Source: Octopus vulgaris (lineage: Eukaryota). From it: DNA of 64,000 nt. The stretch is taken from assembly GCA_951406725.2 (NCBI GenBank), contig OX597817.1, positions 25,296,001 through 25,360,000 of the forward strand. The letters are read 5' to 3'. The notes beneath the pieces are model-generated. The model did no database searches. It was not told the origin of the DNA and saw only the letters and a list, made by a program, of their open reading frames with translations. Shown piece after piece: positions 63,214 through 64,000 of the stretch; the first letter of the stretch is position 1; each line of letters begins with the position of its first letter. Both the position numbers and the translations under genes were made by a program.

Positions 63214-63523
63214 GTATAGTATATCTTTTATGAATCACTGTGTGATATGTATATAACTGTTTGAATAATTTTTTAAAGCTAAACCGATGCAAGTTATAAA
63301 AAATTTATATCACATATCAACGACTAGCACTATTACTTGGTATGTTAATATTTCATCGCGAGGACTCGTTCTTGGGTCAGCTATCAGCACCGTTCCTCTG
63401 TACTTTTCATAAAGAAGGGGTCCTAACCCTGGAATATTAAAATATATCAGAATAATACTAACTATCAACCTGTAATATTAGAATTTCATAACTTGCTTTG
63501 TTTTACTTCAGAAATAATTAAAG

Positions 63524-63652
63524 CATACATACATACATACATACATACATACATACATACATACATACATACATACATACATACATACATACATACATAC
63601 GTACGTACGTACGTACGTACGCACGTACCTACCTACGCACGTACCTACCTAC
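63524..63652. repeat. (CATA)n grading into (CGTA)/(CCTA)
   Basis: Direct reading. Confidence 0.9.
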
Positions 63653-64000
63653 GCTTCGTACATTCTGTCAGGTAAATTTTGATATACAGTATTTTCATTT
63701 TCGTATTCATATTTTTAACATTTGTTGATATTCATTTTCAGTTTTGGTTTTCTTTAAGAAAATGTAATTAACAGATACAATGTGGTACACAAGACTGTGA
63801 TGATCGAATTATTTGCAGTATATATTGCGACATATGCTTTGCGATTATAACAGATGTGTGTTTCTGACATACGATTATGACAGAAGTAGATTTGGAACAT
63901 TTATGATTATAACCAATGTATATTTTAGTTCAAATATGTTTGTGACATATTTTCCACTTCCAAAGGCAATTTCACTATAGTTTACTGCGGAGAAAAATTT

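Overview
AT-rich, repeat-dense eukaryotic DNA, most likely intronic or intergenic sequence from an octopus (coleoid cephalopod). That assignment is inferred from recognising the SINE families and microsatellite style, not from a database search. No intact host protein-coding gene is recognisable, and nearly all listed ORFs are microsatellite read-throughs or transposon remnants. The window holds about 25 tRNA-derived SINE copies from five families (A, B, D, E, F), many with clean target-site duplications (TSDs). It also holds remnants of RTE, HERO-like and R4/Dong-like non-LTR elements, Penelope-like elements (PLEs), Helitrons, three mariners, a hAT/Charlie element and a pogo element. The most interesting signal is a set of type I hammerhead ribozyme (HHR) motifs read directly from the sequence. 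Two sit inside a tRNA-headed SINE (3285-3330 and 5190-5235), two sit in PLE-type terminal repeats (1289-1375 and 26728-26785), and two share a U4C core variant (26483-26523 and 50758-50796). Other notable items are a decayed intron-containing tRNA-Met(CAT) gene, a perfect 59-bp-arm hairpin, multimeric SINEs inside single TSDs, and candidate plus-strand microexons. Folds and alignments were done by eye.
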